A DNA stretch of 64,000 bases, taken from positions 1-64,000 of the IMG/VR virus record IMGVR_UViG_3300042934_001067. One strand, given 5' to 3'. The notes under the pieces are model-generated. The model had not been told where the DNA came from and did not search any database. It saw only the letters and a list, made by a program, of their open reading frames with translations. Of this stretch, positions 8,656 to 17,670 are shown one piece after another. The translations under genes were made by a program, and so were the position numbers. Origin of the DNA: a virus. The stretch's first letter is position 1; every line of letters starts with the position of its first letter.

Positions 8656-10899
8656 CTACTCCTGGTAGCTGGGGTTCGACGGCCACGGGCTCAGCGGGGG
8701 CTGGGCGGTCGCGGCCGAGCCGCTGACACCGGTGGAGTCCATGACGGTCAGCAGACGCCGGGCCTCGGCCGACAGCGTGATCTCCAGCTTCTCCCGGCCC
8801 TTCTTGTCCTTCTCCGTGTGCTTCTTCTCCCACTGGGCGTACGACTCGCCCTCCTTCTCGGTGGCCTTGGCCTCCTTGGAGAAGTCCCGCAGCGGGTCGA
8901 CCTTGTCCTTGCCGACGATCTCCTCGACGGTCTTGCCCGCCTGGTCGCCTTCGACGACGACGGCCTTGCCGGACGCCAGCTCGTTGCGGTGCCGCTTGAT
9001 CGCGTCGGCCAGCGAGACGACCTTCTTGCCGTCCTTTGTCGACACAGCGACCTTCGAGTCGTTGTCGCCCTTGATCTTGTTGAGCAGGTGGTAGACCACC
9101 GGGTCCTCCTGCCCGCCCTCCTTGTCGTGCCAGGCCTGGTAGGCGTTGTAGGCGTCGGAGTTGTGGCCGCCGAAGCCGAGGAAGCCGCCCTCGTGCTCGC
9201 GGTCCAGGTCTCCGCCGAGCGCGCTCTTGCCCGCGCCCGGGCCCCGGTCGTTCTGCGGCGCGCGCATCAGCTCGCCGACACCGGTGACGACCTGGTTCTT
9301 CTTGCTGGTCTCCTTCTGCTTCTTCTTGTCCTCGGCCGACGTCTTCTCCGACTGCGCGGCGGCGCCCTTCTCGTTGTACTGCTGGACCAGCCACATGGCG
9401 GCCTTCACCGGGTCACTTCCCAGGTCCGGGAGGCCGGAGAGGGTCGCGACGGCCTGCGCGAGCGCCGGAGAGTCGTTCGGGTAGAACCTCCGGATCATCT
9501 CCTCGGCGATCTGCTGGACGACGTCCTCAGAGAGTTCGCCCGCGCCGCCTGCCTTGGAGATCTCCTCCTTGATCCACGCCTCGACGCCCGCCTTCAGCAC
9601 GGTCCGGGCGATCGTCTGGTCCAGCTTCGCGTCGGCCGCGAGCTTCCCCGTGACCCCGGCCGTCAGGTAGTCGGACACGCTCATCCCGGTCGTGGACGAG
9701 GCCATGTAGGCCCGGTTCAGGCCCAGGCGCTGGGAGACGTCCACGTCCTGGAAGGACCGGCCGTACCCGATCTTGATCTGCTGCTCGGCCGAGGCGACGT
9801 CTGTCGCGGAGGAGCCGTAGCCGTTCTTGATGGCCGTGTTCATCAGCTGGGTGAACTCGGCGCGCTGCATCTGGGCGTTGATCCCGGCCTTGCCCGCGCT
9901 GTCGGAGACGGCGTTCAGGGCGTCGTTGAGATCGTTGAGGCTGCCCAGGGCGTTCTTCGAGTTCACCTGGAGCTGCTGCAGGCCCTCGTCCACGCTCTGT
10001 CCGCGCCGGGTCTTGCCGTGGTACAGGAAGTTCAGCGCCTCCTGGCGGCCGATGCCGTCCTCGACCTTGGAGTTGTAGCCGAGCTTGGTCACGCCCTTGA
10101 AGGCCTTCCGGGCCTCCTCCGACGAGAACACCATCGGCGTCGACCAGCGGTACACCTCCTCGCTGAACCGCTCACCGAAGCCCGAGACGTTGTCGCCGCC
10201 CTCGATGGACTGGTAGTAGGCGTTCTTGTCCCGCTGGGAGCGGATTTCGGCCGGAATCTGGGTCGCGGCTGACAGAGCGGTGCCCGCCACGGCGCCCCAA
10301 GGGCCGAACGCCAGCCTGCCGACGGCGGGCAGCATGGCCCGCGTCCACGAGCCTGCGCCGGTCGACGAGCCACCACCGCCGCCGCCCGGGTGTGAGGGCG
10401 CGACGACCGGGCCCGGGTACGGGCCGGGCTGGGGCCCGTTGTACGGCGTCGGCCCGTAGGGAGTGCCGTACGGAGACCCATACGGCATGCCGTACGGGTA
10501 CGGGTACGGCATGCCTGGGACGTGCGGAGGGGCAGTTGTGGGCGCCGGGGTCGGTGCAGGAGTCGTCGGCCCAGCAGGGGCTGGAGGCTGAGGCGACGGG
10601 TTGCCGCTCCTGTGCTGGGGCTGGCCGAGGATGACCTGGCTCAGGAAGGACGCCGCCTGCTGCTGTAGCCACTGTCCTGTCGGCGCCACCGCAGGAGGCA
10701 CCTGGCCGCCCAGCAGCGCCTGCGGACTCAGGATGTTCTGGCGGGCCTGGCGCAGCGCACCGGTCGCGCTCGACGGCAGGTTCTGCTGGGTCTGGTTCTG
10801 GTGCATGAGCGCCTGCAGCTGCATGACCAGCCGCTGCAGCGAGCCCGTGAGCCCCTGCGGTGCGCTGCCGCCCCCAGGGGGCGGAGGAGGCGTCGCCAT
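8656..10899 (-). CDS. Tape measure protein with Pro/Tyr-rich N-terminus
   Basis: Long helical Ala/Gly-rich ORF directly after frameshifted chaperone (TAATG overlap at 10899). Confidence 0.75.
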   Translation of the reverse strand: MATPPPPPGGGSAPQGLTGSLQRLVMQLQALMHQNQTQQNLPSSATGALRQARQNILSPQALLGGQVPPAVAPTGQWLQQQAASFLSQVILGQPQHRSGNPSPQPPAPAGPTTPAPTPAPTTAPPHVPGMPYPYPYGMPYGSPYGTPYGPTPYNGPQPGPYPGPVVAPSHPGGGGGGSSTGAGSWTRAMLPAVGRLAFGPWGAVAGTALSAATQIPAEIRSQRDKNAYYQSIEGGDNVSGFGERFSEEVYRWSTPMVFSSEEARKAFKGVTKLGYNSKVEDGIGRQEALNFLYHGKTRRGQSVDEGLQQLQVNSKNALGSLNDLNDALNAVSDSAGKAGINAQMQRAEFTQLMNTAIKNGYGSSATDVASAEQQIKIGYGRSFQDVDVSQRLGLNRAYMASSTTGMSVSDYLTAGVTGKLAADAKLDQTIARTVLKAGVEAWIKEEISKAGGAGELSEDVVQQIAEEMIRRFYPNDSPALAQAVATLSGLPDLGSDPVKAAMWLVQQYNEKGAAAQSEKTSAEDKKKQKETSKKNQVVTGVGELMRAPQNDRGPGAGKSALGGDLDREHEGGFLGFGGHNSDAYNAYQAWHDKEGGQEDPVVYHLLNKIKGDNDSKVAVSTKDGKKVVSLADAIKRHRNELASGKAVVVEGDQAGKTVEEIVGKDKVDPLRDFSKEAKATEKEGESYAQWEKKHTEKDKKGREKLEITLSAEARRLLTVMDSTGVSGSAATAQPPLSPWPSNPSYQE

Positions 10900-11345
10900 T
10901 ACTGCCACTCCCGATCGAATCCGTCGGCCATGTCCGGCACCGGTGGAACATCCGCGCTCGCGCGCTCCTGGCCGGACACCGTGACCCGCGAGGAGGACAG
11001 GACCTCCTGCATGCGCTCCCAGTCGTCCGCCGACGCATCGTTCTGCCAGTCGACGGCGGAGTAGTCGAAGTCCCTGTCGTCGTCCGCCGCCGGGTCGAAG
11101 TCGTCGTCGGAGTCCGGCTCCCGCTCGATGACCTCCTGCGGATCGCGACCGGCCGCCAGGAGAGCCAGCTTCAGCCGCTCTTCCTGCTCGTCACCGGCAG
11201 CCCAGCCGTCCGCGAGGATGAGCAGCTCCAGGCCGAACTGCTGCACCCTGGACAGGCGCCGTCCCGAGAGCAGGCCCCGCCGCTCAGCGATCCGCAGATG
11301 GCGTTCCAGCCACGGGTCTACGCGGCCGGGCCGAAGGCTTTTCCC
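10899..11345 (-). CDS. Tail assembly chaperone, -1 frameshift extension (G-T-like)
   Basis: No start of its own; entered by -1 slip at G GGA AAA (11339-11345) giving ...GKSLRPGRVDPWLERHLRIAE. Confidence 0.8.
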   Translation of the reverse strand, partial: GKSLRPGRVDPWLERHLRIAERRGLLSGRRLSRVQQFGLELLILADGWAAGDEQEERLKLALLAAGRDPQEVIEREPDSDDDFDPAADDDRDFDYSAVDWQNDASADDWERMQEVLSSSRVTVSGQERASADVPPVPDMADGFDREWQ

Positions 11346-11836
11346 ATGGCCTCGACGACCTCGGCCACCTTGTCCTCCAGCTCCAGGTACTCCTGCCAGA
11401 CTCGGTTGATGGTCGGCTGGTACCAGTTGGCCTTGACGTACCCGAACCGCCGGTGCGCCCACTCGGCCAGGTCCTGGTCCTCGCCGTACGGAGACGGCAG
11501 CGCCTCGCCGTCGACCGAGTCCACGCACATCGCGACGACCGCCGTGGTGTACGCGAGCTGCTCGCCGCCGTCCTTGTACTTCGCCGCGACCTGGGCCACG
11601 GCGAGCTGGTCGTCTACGCCCAGGGTGCGGATGACGAAGGTGTGGCCGAGCCAGGAGAACTCCTTGGCCAGGGCGCCCAGGTAGGTGAGCCCCTTGAAGG
11701 GCTCGGCGTACTGCTGGTCGAAGGACGGCAGGTCCGAGCCGTCCGCGCCCTTCAGTGGTGCCGACGGCTCCGGCGTGGTGGCCTTGCGGCCCGGCCGGTC
11801 GGCGGGGTCGTAGGTGCCGTAGGTGGTGTCCGTCAT
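11318..11836 (-). CDS. Tail assembly chaperone (G-like)
   Basis: MTDTTYG...EAMGKAFGPAA; between tube and tape measure; ends over GGGAAAA slippery site. Confidence 0.8.
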   Translation of the reverse strand: MTDTTYGTYDPADRPGRKATTPEPSAPLKGADGSDLPSFDQQYAEPFKGLTYLGALAKEFSWLGHTFVIRTLGVDDQLAVAQVAAKYKDGGEQLAYTTAVVAMCVDSVDGEALPSPYGEDQDLAEWAHRRFGYVKANWYQPTINRVWQEYLELEDKVAEVVEAMGKAFGPAA

Positions 11837-11841
11837 CCCGG

Positions 11842-12345
11842 TCACCGCAGCCGGGTGGAGTGGGTGTACGCGCAGACCACGGGCTTGGCGACGTCCAGGC
11901 CGCCGACCGTCAGGGTGTCGCCGTCCATGATGTCGACGATCGTGACGTTGTGGTAGATCTTGCCGCGCCAGCGCGAGGGGTTGGACTCGGTGCCCGGCGG
12001 CTTGATGATCGTCTGCGCGGTGACGTAGTTCGCGGTCCGGGCCAGACGGTCGAAGATCTCGACGATGTTGTTCGTCCCGGCCATCCCGGCCATCTGCTCC
12101 CAGTGCGCCTGGTTCCACAGCTCCTGGATCGTGAGCTGCAGCGTGGCGCCGCCCAGGACCCGGGACGTCGCGATCTCCACCGGCGTCCGGGCACCGAGGG
12201 GCTGGATGAAGGCGTACGGCTGGCCCTTGTCCGACCAGGCGCGCTGCCCGGCGTCCTCCACCGAGTTGAGGAACGCGATCGGCTTACCGGCATAGACGAA
12301 AGTGGAGTATCCACTTCCCGTTACGCGGACCTTTCCTGCAGGCAC
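11842..12345 (-). CDS. Tail tube protein
   Basis: About 167 aa downstream of sheath; beta-rich, IQPLG..PVEI, LQLTIQELW; GTG 12345. Confidence 0.75.
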   Translation of the reverse strand: MPAGKVRVTGSGYSTFVYAGKPIAFLNSVEDAGQRAWSDKGQPYAFIQPLGARTPVEIATSRVLGGATLQLTIQELWNQAHWEQMAGMAGTNNIVEIFDRLARTANYVTAQTIIKPPGTESNPSRWRGKIYHNVTIVDIMDGDTLTVGGLDVAKPVVCAYTHSTRLR

Positions 12346-12368
12346 GCTCACCACCCCATCCGTAGGTC

Positions 12369-12403
12369 TCACCCACTGGGGCGGGATGGGCGGCGACGGA
12401 CAG
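12369..12403 (-). promoter_or_regulatory. Late promoter motif 4 (tube)
   Basis: CTGT-N22-AGTGGGTGA. Confidence 0.65.
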
Positions 12404-12445
12404 GAAGCTGCGGTGCGGGGACACTGCGGGCGCTAGATTGCGGGC

Positions 12446-12760
12446 ATGGACCAGGAATGGCAGGCAAGGGCCGTCGCTCACAACGTCACCTTCCCGAGCG
12501 GTGAGCAGTACAAGGCCCTGCACAAGCGCCTCGGAGGGGTCGTCAAGCACGAGGCCGACGACCGTCTGAGGTTGGTGTGGCGAGTCAAGGCACCGACCTT
12601 CGAACAGGCCGTCGAGATCGCCAGGGAGCAGGCGAGCTGCGCTGTGTCACTCGACCTCGGCAACCACGGAACTCTCAGGCAGCTGCACGTGATTCACGCC
12701 GACGACATCGCGGCCGACCGCAAGGAGATCCTCGCCGCTCTCGGCATCGAGGAGAGCTGA
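12446..12760 (+). CDS. Hypothetical protein (moron, probably leaderless)
   Basis: 104 aa, typical codon usage; TAGATT -10-like box just upstream of ATG; hairpin after stop. Confidence 0.65.
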   Translation: MDQEWQARAVAHNVTFPSGEQYKALHKRLGGVVKHEADDRLRLVWRVKAPTFEQAVEIAREQASCAVSLDLGNHGTLRQLHVIHADDIAADRKEILAALGIEES

Positions 12761-12765
12761 CAGCA

Positions 12766-12799
12766 GAGGACCCCCGGCGCCCTCACACCGGGGGTCCTC
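12766..12799. terminator. Hairpin terminator between convergent genes
   Basis: GAGGACCCCCGG...CCGGGGGTCCTC. Confidence 0.65.
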
Positions 12800-12843
12800 C
12801 ATAAAGCGCGGCAGGGGCCCGTCACGACGCCTGCCACGCGGGC

Positions 12844-14373
12844 TCAGGCCGTCTCCTCCGTGACCTCCGTGGTCGTGTCGCCCGTCGACAGGTCGACCGC
12901 GAACTTGATCACGATGTAGTTCATCGGGATCGGCGGCTTGTACGAGAACGTCCCCTCGATCACCGACGGGTCCGCCGACAGCTGCCGCACCTGCACGTTG
13001 GCGTACGAGACGATCACCTCGTCTGACACCGCCTGCTCCAGCAGACCGATTAGCGACGACTTCACGCTGATCGTCATCTCCGTCGTGATCGGCTCACCGA
13101 TCAGCCCCGAGTTCTGCATCCCCGTCTGCAGCATCTGCAGCAGGGTGTCGCCGACCCGGGTCATCGAGATCTCCTGCGTGAGCACCGACGTCATCAGCGT
13201 CGACACCCCGTGCCGCACGATCAGCTGCGACGCCTGGTTGATCTCCGCCACCGCCACGCCGGACTTCGACAGGTTGTTCTTGAACGTCCTGGTCATGGCC
13301 TGCGCGATCGTCGCGGGCAGGCCCGTGAACGAGGTCAGCGACTGGTTCGTCAGCCCCCGCGCCACCGGGTTGCGCGCCAGGCGCCCCGCCATTGCGGCCG
13401 CCAGGTAGAACCCGTCGACCTCCGTGGAGGCGTTGACCGCCGAGTTGAACGCCAGCAGCCGGTTCGGATAGGCCAGCACCAGCCGCTTGCTGCCCTGCTG
13501 AATCGCCAGCTGGTCGTGCCCGGTCGTGTTGTCGTACGTCGTCGCCACACCCGTGAACGCGATCCGACCGTAGCCGTCCTCCGCCGCCGTCTCGCAGTGG
13601 TTCTTCACGTCGGCCAGCAGGTTCGCCACGTTCGTCGGCGTGTGCGCGTCGTAGGCGCCGTCCACCAGCAGCGGCACCAGCATCTGGGCCCGGTAGTCCG
13701 TCTCCAGCTTCTTGTACGCCGCCTGCAGCTGCGCCCGGTAGTCCCCGGCCGTCGGGTTCGTCGCCACACACAGTACGCTCGACGCGCCGTTCTCCAGCGC
13801 GATCTTCGCCGCCAGCGTCAGCGGCGAGGCCACCTGCGAGGCCGTCGGATCCGTCGGCGCGACTGACACCAGCGACGGACCGTACGCGGCCACCACCTGG
13901 TCGAAGTCCTCGAAAAGCGTCGGCTCGTAGTACGTCGCCGACGTGAACGCGTACGTGACCCGGACCTGATCGCCGTCCTTCAGCCCGTTCGGGCTGGGCT
14001 GCGTCAGGTCGCCCTCGTCCGCCGACAGCCGTCGGATCTTCGTGATCGCGGTAGGCGCACCACCGGACCCGGCCACGACCTCGAAGGTGTAGTCGGTGTT
14101 GTACTCCATCACCACGCCCGCCAGGGACGTCACCACCGGCGCAGCAATCGCAGGCGGACCGACGACCGCCGTGATGTAGACGCCCTTCTGCGTCAGCGCG
14201 GTGGCCGAGCCGGAGTAGACCGTCACCACCTCGGAGAACGTCTCGTAGCCCAGCGCGGGCCCGATCAGCGTCACGGTCGAGGTCGACACCGAACGCGGGG
14301 TGACCGTAGGAGTCGATTCGTCGGAGACGTAGACGCCAGGCGGCGTGTACGTCGCAGAAGAGATGTCGGGCAT
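12844..14373 (-). CDS. Contractile tail sheath protein
   Basis: N-terminal YTPPGVYVSDE and C-terminal FSYKPPIPMNYIVIKF are sheath hallmarks. Confidence 0.92.
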   Translation of the reverse strand: MPDISSATYTPPGVYVSDESTPTVTPRSVSTSTVTLIGPALGYETFSEVVTVYSGSATALTQKGVYITAVVGPPAIAAPVVTSLAGVVMEYNTDYTFEVVAGSGGAPTAITKIRRLSADEGDLTQPSPNGLKDGDQVRVTYAFTSATYYEPTLFEDFDQVVAAYGPSLVSVAPTDPTASQVASPLTLAAKIALENGASSVLCVATNPTAGDYRAQLQAAYKKLETDYRAQMLVPLLVDGAYDAHTPTNVANLLADVKNHCETAAEDGYGRIAFTGVATTYDNTTGHDQLAIQQGSKRLVLAYPNRLLAFNSAVNASTEVDGFYLAAAMAGRLARNPVARGLTNQSLTSFTGLPATIAQAMTRTFKNNLSKSGVAVAEINQASQLIVRHGVSTLMTSVLTQEISMTRVGDTLLQMLQTGMQNSGLIGEPITTEMTISVKSSLIGLLEQAVSDEVIVSYANVQVRQLSADPSVIEGTFSYKPPIPMNYIVIKFAVDLSTGDTTTEVTEETA

Positions 14374-14401
14374 GCCACCCACCAGTCGCGTCGGTCATCT
14401 G

Positions 14402-14436
14402 TCACCTCTTGAGGGCGAATCAGCCGCCACGGACAG
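14402..14436 (-). promoter_or_regulatory. Late promoter motif 5 (sheath)
   Basis: CTGT-N22-AAGAGGTGA. Confidence 0.7.
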
Positions 14437-14466
14437 CAGGAGCTGTTAAGGTCGCGAGCGAAGGTG

Positions 14467-14613
14467 GTGGGGAGCCAACGGCCTCCAGAGCAGAAGGACC
14501 CCCACGATTCCGGGCTACAGGCCGTGCAGGAGCCAGGGCAGGAACTCCCGAAGAGCGGCTGCAACCGCTACTTCGCAGACGGGACGAATGCCCCCACCTC
14601 TGCACGGCCGTAG
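14467..14613 (-). ncRNA. Candidate structured RNA B (four-way junction)
   Basis: 14-bp closing stem 14600-14613/14515-14529 enclosing three contiguous hairpins, plus hairpin 14467-14505; G-U pairs favour the minus strand. Confidence 0.5.
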
Positions 14614-14732
14614 TTTCCTTGTGAATCGCTGGAGCCCCTTGGTGGGCTGCCGGGATCAGGTCGGAGCCAGGCAACTGGATCCCTCCACCCCAAGAGGTGG
14701 TTGCGGCCCCCGGAGCCCTCCAGGGGGCTCCA

Positions 14733-15368
14733 TCAGTGCCAGACATCGAAGCCCTCGCCGCGCGCCTCGTTGTCCAGGGTCAGGTCGACCGTCGGCGTGA
14801 TCTGGATCTTCGACAGCGGCACGATGACGCCGGTCTCCGGGTCGGCCGCGAAGTCCCCGATCAGGTCCACGGCCAGCGTCCGCTCGTACAGCACCTCGTC
14901 CGTGCCCCACGGCGTCCCCGGCTCGGCCGACTCACCCGTCGACTCGATCTCGTCCGTGCGCAGCGTCAGGTCGATCAGGTCGTTGGCCTCCAAGTAGGCC
15001 CGGAACCGGCTGCGCGCTGTGTCGAACCCCGAGAACGCGACCGTCGCGATCAGCTCGTCGTAAACCCGGTCCCGCTCCACGCTCGTCAGCGCGACGATGA
15101 CGAACTCCCAGGACCCCTCGAACTTGAAGCGCGTGTACGGATGCGTCCGGCCGCCGGTCACCGGGTCGACGTCCTCGGTGTGCTTCACACCGGCCTGCTT
15201 CAGCGGCCCCGTGTCTGAGTAGCGCACCCACACCTGCGGCAGCCGGATCTGCTTGACCGGGTACTCCAGCGAGCACCGCAGCCCCCGGAACTCTGCTACC
15301 GGGTACTGCTCGTCGAACACCGCCTGCAGCGCCTCGACCGCGAGCGCCTTGACCTTGGTGATGTACAC
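14733..15368 (-). CDS. Tail terminator / completion protein
   Basis: 211 aa upstream of sheath; EYP...LPQVWVRY and ALTSVERDRVYDEL pattern. Confidence 0.65.
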   Translation of the reverse strand: MYITKVKALAVEALQAVFDEQYPVAEFRGLRCSLEYPVKQIRLPQVWVRYSDTGPLKQAGVKHTEDVDPVTGGRTHPYTRFKFEGSWEFVIVALTSVERDRVYDELIATVAFSGFDTARSRFRAYLEANDLIDLTLRTDEIESTGESAEPGTPWGTDEVLYERTLAVDLIGDFAADPETGVIVPLSKIQITPTVDLTLDNEARGEGFDVWH

Positions 15369-15384
15369 GTACGCCCCTCCTCCG

Positions 15385-15419
15385 TCACCCCTTGAGGGCG
15401 CGATGGGAGGGGCGAACAG
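15385..15419 (-). promoter_or_regulatory. Late promoter motif 6
   Basis: CTGT-N22-AAGGGGTGA. Confidence 0.75.
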
Positions 15420-15426
15420 GCATGGG

Positions 15427-16134
15427 TCAGTAGTGGTCGTCCTCGTCGTGGTGACCGAGGTCCTCTTCGCCGATCACGGTGAAACCGTGCTTGGACCGGA
15501 CGTCGTCGTCGTTGTTGCCCCGGTGGTTTCCGTTGCCGTCATACTGCGGGTCCTTCTCGACCGGCCCGTTGGGATGGACCTCGTAGACGCGAGCCTGGCC
15601 GCCGTGGGTCATCGCGGCCTGGTCGGCGTAGTGCTCCGCGCTCGACCGGCTGGTGGCGTAGGCGTAGCCAGGCTCGTGGACGCCGAGGTTGTTGCCGAAG
15701 TTTCCCTTGGTCCCGTGGTTGGGGTGCACCTGCTCCAGGTCCTTGACTGTGGTGCCGTGCCAGTACCTCGGCGCGGGTTCGCCCTCGGGGTCGGATGCCT
15801 GGTCGTGGAGATGTACCGGCACCGGTCCGTGGCCCATGTTCTGCAACGCCTTCAGCAGGTGCGCATGGTGCAGGTGGTCCTCTGGATGTGTCTCCGAGCC
15901 GTCGGCGTGGTGGTAGATGTTCTCGCCGTGGTCGGTGATGTTCAGCCCGAGCTGGCCGTGCCGCTCCGGACTGTAGCCGTGCTGGCTGATCGAGTCGCTT
16001 AGCCTGCGGACGTGCTTGTCGTCCAGACGGTCGTACGCATGTCCCACATCCAGTTCCGAGGGGTCGATGTGCTCCTCGGAATCGATCGGCGCCCACTTAC
16101 CCAACTTGTTGATCTCCGACCAGACCAGCGTCAT
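15427..16134 (-). CDS. His-rich protein: degenerate ParB/Srx-like N-domain plus Arr-like ADP-ribosyltransferase
   Basis: YWHGT...YAYAT...RVYEVHPNGPVEKDP...GN...VRSK..FTVIGE matches the Arr (rifampin ART) pattern HGT..Y.T..RVY.VEP.G..E.DP..GN..RS..V.GE; 28 His in 235 aa. Confidence 0.75.
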   Translation of the reverse strand: MTLVWSEINKLGKWAPIDSEEHIDPSELDVGHAYDRLDDKHVRRLSDSISQHGYSPERHGQLGLNITDHGENIYHHADGSETHPEDHLHHAHLLKALQNMGHGPVPVHLHDQASDPEGEPAPRYWHGTTVKDLEQVHPNHGTKGNFGNNLGVHEPGYAYATSRSSAEHYADQAAMTHGGQARVYEVHPNGPVEKDPQYDGNGNHRGNNDDDVRSKHGFTVIGEEDLGHHDEDDHY

Positions 16135-16856
16135 CTGAACTCCTCACCGTGCAAGCGTACGTAGTTTCTCCACCCCTTGTCCGCCACGTAGACCCTCCCG
16201 GCCAGCAGGCCGTGCTTCTGCGCCGCCAGGGTCATGGACGTGTTCAGGAAGCTGCGCGGCTTCAGGCCGGGGTGCCGCCACCAGACACCGACGTTCCCCG
16301 GGTGGATGGCGCCAGGGCGCTTCCCAGGCCGCGTCCACGGCTGCTTCGCCTCACGCCACCCGATCCGGCCCGGAGCGCCCGGGTAGTGTGCCGGAGTGTC
16401 CGAGACGACGAGCTTCAGCCCGGTCTTCGGATCCCGTCGGTAGACCTTCTTCCGCTGCCCGATCTTCGCCGCGCGCCGGAAGATCAGCACCTGCACCTTG
16501 CCGGACTCCGTGACCCGGGTCTTCGCCTTCGGGTTGTCCCGCCGCTCCTGGCCCGTGGGGTCGTCGATCCACATCGGGATGGTCTTGCCAGCCAGGTTCT
16601 TCATGGTGAAGGCCTTCGTGCCGTGGTCCTGGTACCAGACCACCTGCGTCGCCCACGAGATCCCGAAGTAGCCCTTGCCGTAGAGCGGCTGCATTCCGCG
16701 CGCCGCCGCGCCGCTCATCTTCGGCATCCGTCGCCGGGCCTGCCGTACAGCCTCCCGGGCGGCGGCCTGGGCCCGCTTCGGGGACAGACCCTTCTCGATC
16801 ATGATCATCCGGTCGGGGGTGGCGACCAGGTGGACCTCGGGGACCTCGGCCTGCAC
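16131..16856 (-). CDS. Neck / tail-completion protein (HK97 gp10-like)
   Basis: Basic; RRMPKMSG, WYQDHGT and WRHPGLKPRSFL motifs. Confidence 0.65.
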   Translation of the reverse strand: MQAEVPEVHLVATPDRMIMIEKGLSPKRAQAAAREAVRQARRRMPKMSGAAARGMQPLYGKGYFGISWATQVVWYQDHGTKAFTMKNLAGKTIPMWIDDPTGQERRDNPKAKTRVTESGKVQVLIFRRAAKIGQRKKVYRRDPKTGLKLVVSDTPAHYPGAPGRIGWREAKQPWTRPGKRPGAIHPGNVGVWWRHPGLKPRSFLNTSMTLAAQKHGLLAGRVYVADKGWRNYVRLHGEEFR

Positions 16857-16871
16857 GCGCGCCTCCTCTGC

Positions 16872-16907
16872 TCACCCCTTGGAGGGCGACGGAGGAGGCG
16901 CGGACAG
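16872..16907 (-). promoter_or_regulatory. Late promoter motif 7
   Basis: CTGT-N23-AAGGGGTGA. Confidence 0.75.
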
Positions 16908-16909
16908 CG

Positions 16910-17635
16910 CTACGGCGCCACCCGACCGTTCATGTTGAAGGCGCCCCACGTGAGCGGCATCTGCTCCGCCCACAACTCCTCCATCTTCTCGCCGACCATC
17001 TCAATTTCCCGCTGCGGGAAGGAGGGCACCTTCGCCAGCTCGTGCTGAGTGCGCAGACCCAGGAAGTGCATCAGCGAGCGGGCGTTGCAGGTGGCGTACA
17101 TCGACGAGTAGATGTTCAGCGGCAGAGCCGCCCGCGCGACCTCCCGAGCCACCCCGGCGTCCAGGAGCGTCTTGTACATCCAGTAGCACTCGTTGGAGTT
17201 CTCCATGAGCAGGTCGCGGACTTCGGTCGCCTGCTCCTTCGTTCCCTCGACGAAGGTGTAGGCGCCAGGCTTGCCCTGCTGGACCAGCTTGCGGTCCGGG
17301 CCGGGGATGTAGAACACGGGGTCCAGCTCCTTGTACCGGCCGGACTCCTCGTTGTAGGACCAGCCGACGCGGTGCCGCATGAACTCGCGGAAGACGAAGA
17401 TCGGAGCGCTGATGAAGAAGGTCATCGAGGTGTGCTCGAAGGGGCTGCCATGACGGTCCCTCATCAGGTAGCCGATGAGGCCCGCATCCTTCGCGGTGGC
17501 CTCATTGAAGCGGGTCTCGCCGCCCAAGGTGGAAACCCGGGCGGCGAAGGTGACGTCGGTGTCCTCGGCGGCGTGCTTGACCAGCTCGACGGTGACGTCC
17601 GAGCGGTAGGTGGGCTGTACGAGTTCCTCGGGCAT
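16910..17635 (-). CDS. thyX: Flavin-dependent thymidylate synthase
   Basis: HGSPFEH, RHRVGWSYNEESGRY ThyX signature, REVARAALP, NARSLMHF, QREI. Confidence 0.97.
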   Translation of the reverse strand: MPEELVQPTYRSDVTVELVKHAAEDTDVTFAARVSTLGGETRFNEATAKDAGLIGYLMRDRHGSPFEHTSMTFFISAPIFVFREFMRHRVGWSYNEESGRYKELDPVFYIPGPDRKLVQQGKPGAYTFVEGTKEQATEVRDLLMENSNECYWMYKTLLDAGVAREVARAALPLNIYSSMYATCNARSLMHFLGLRTQHELAKVPSFPQREIEMVGEKMEELWAEQMPLTWGAFNMNGRVAP

Positions 17636-17670
17636 GGCGGTACCCCTTGGTGGTGGTCTTGGCGGGCAGC

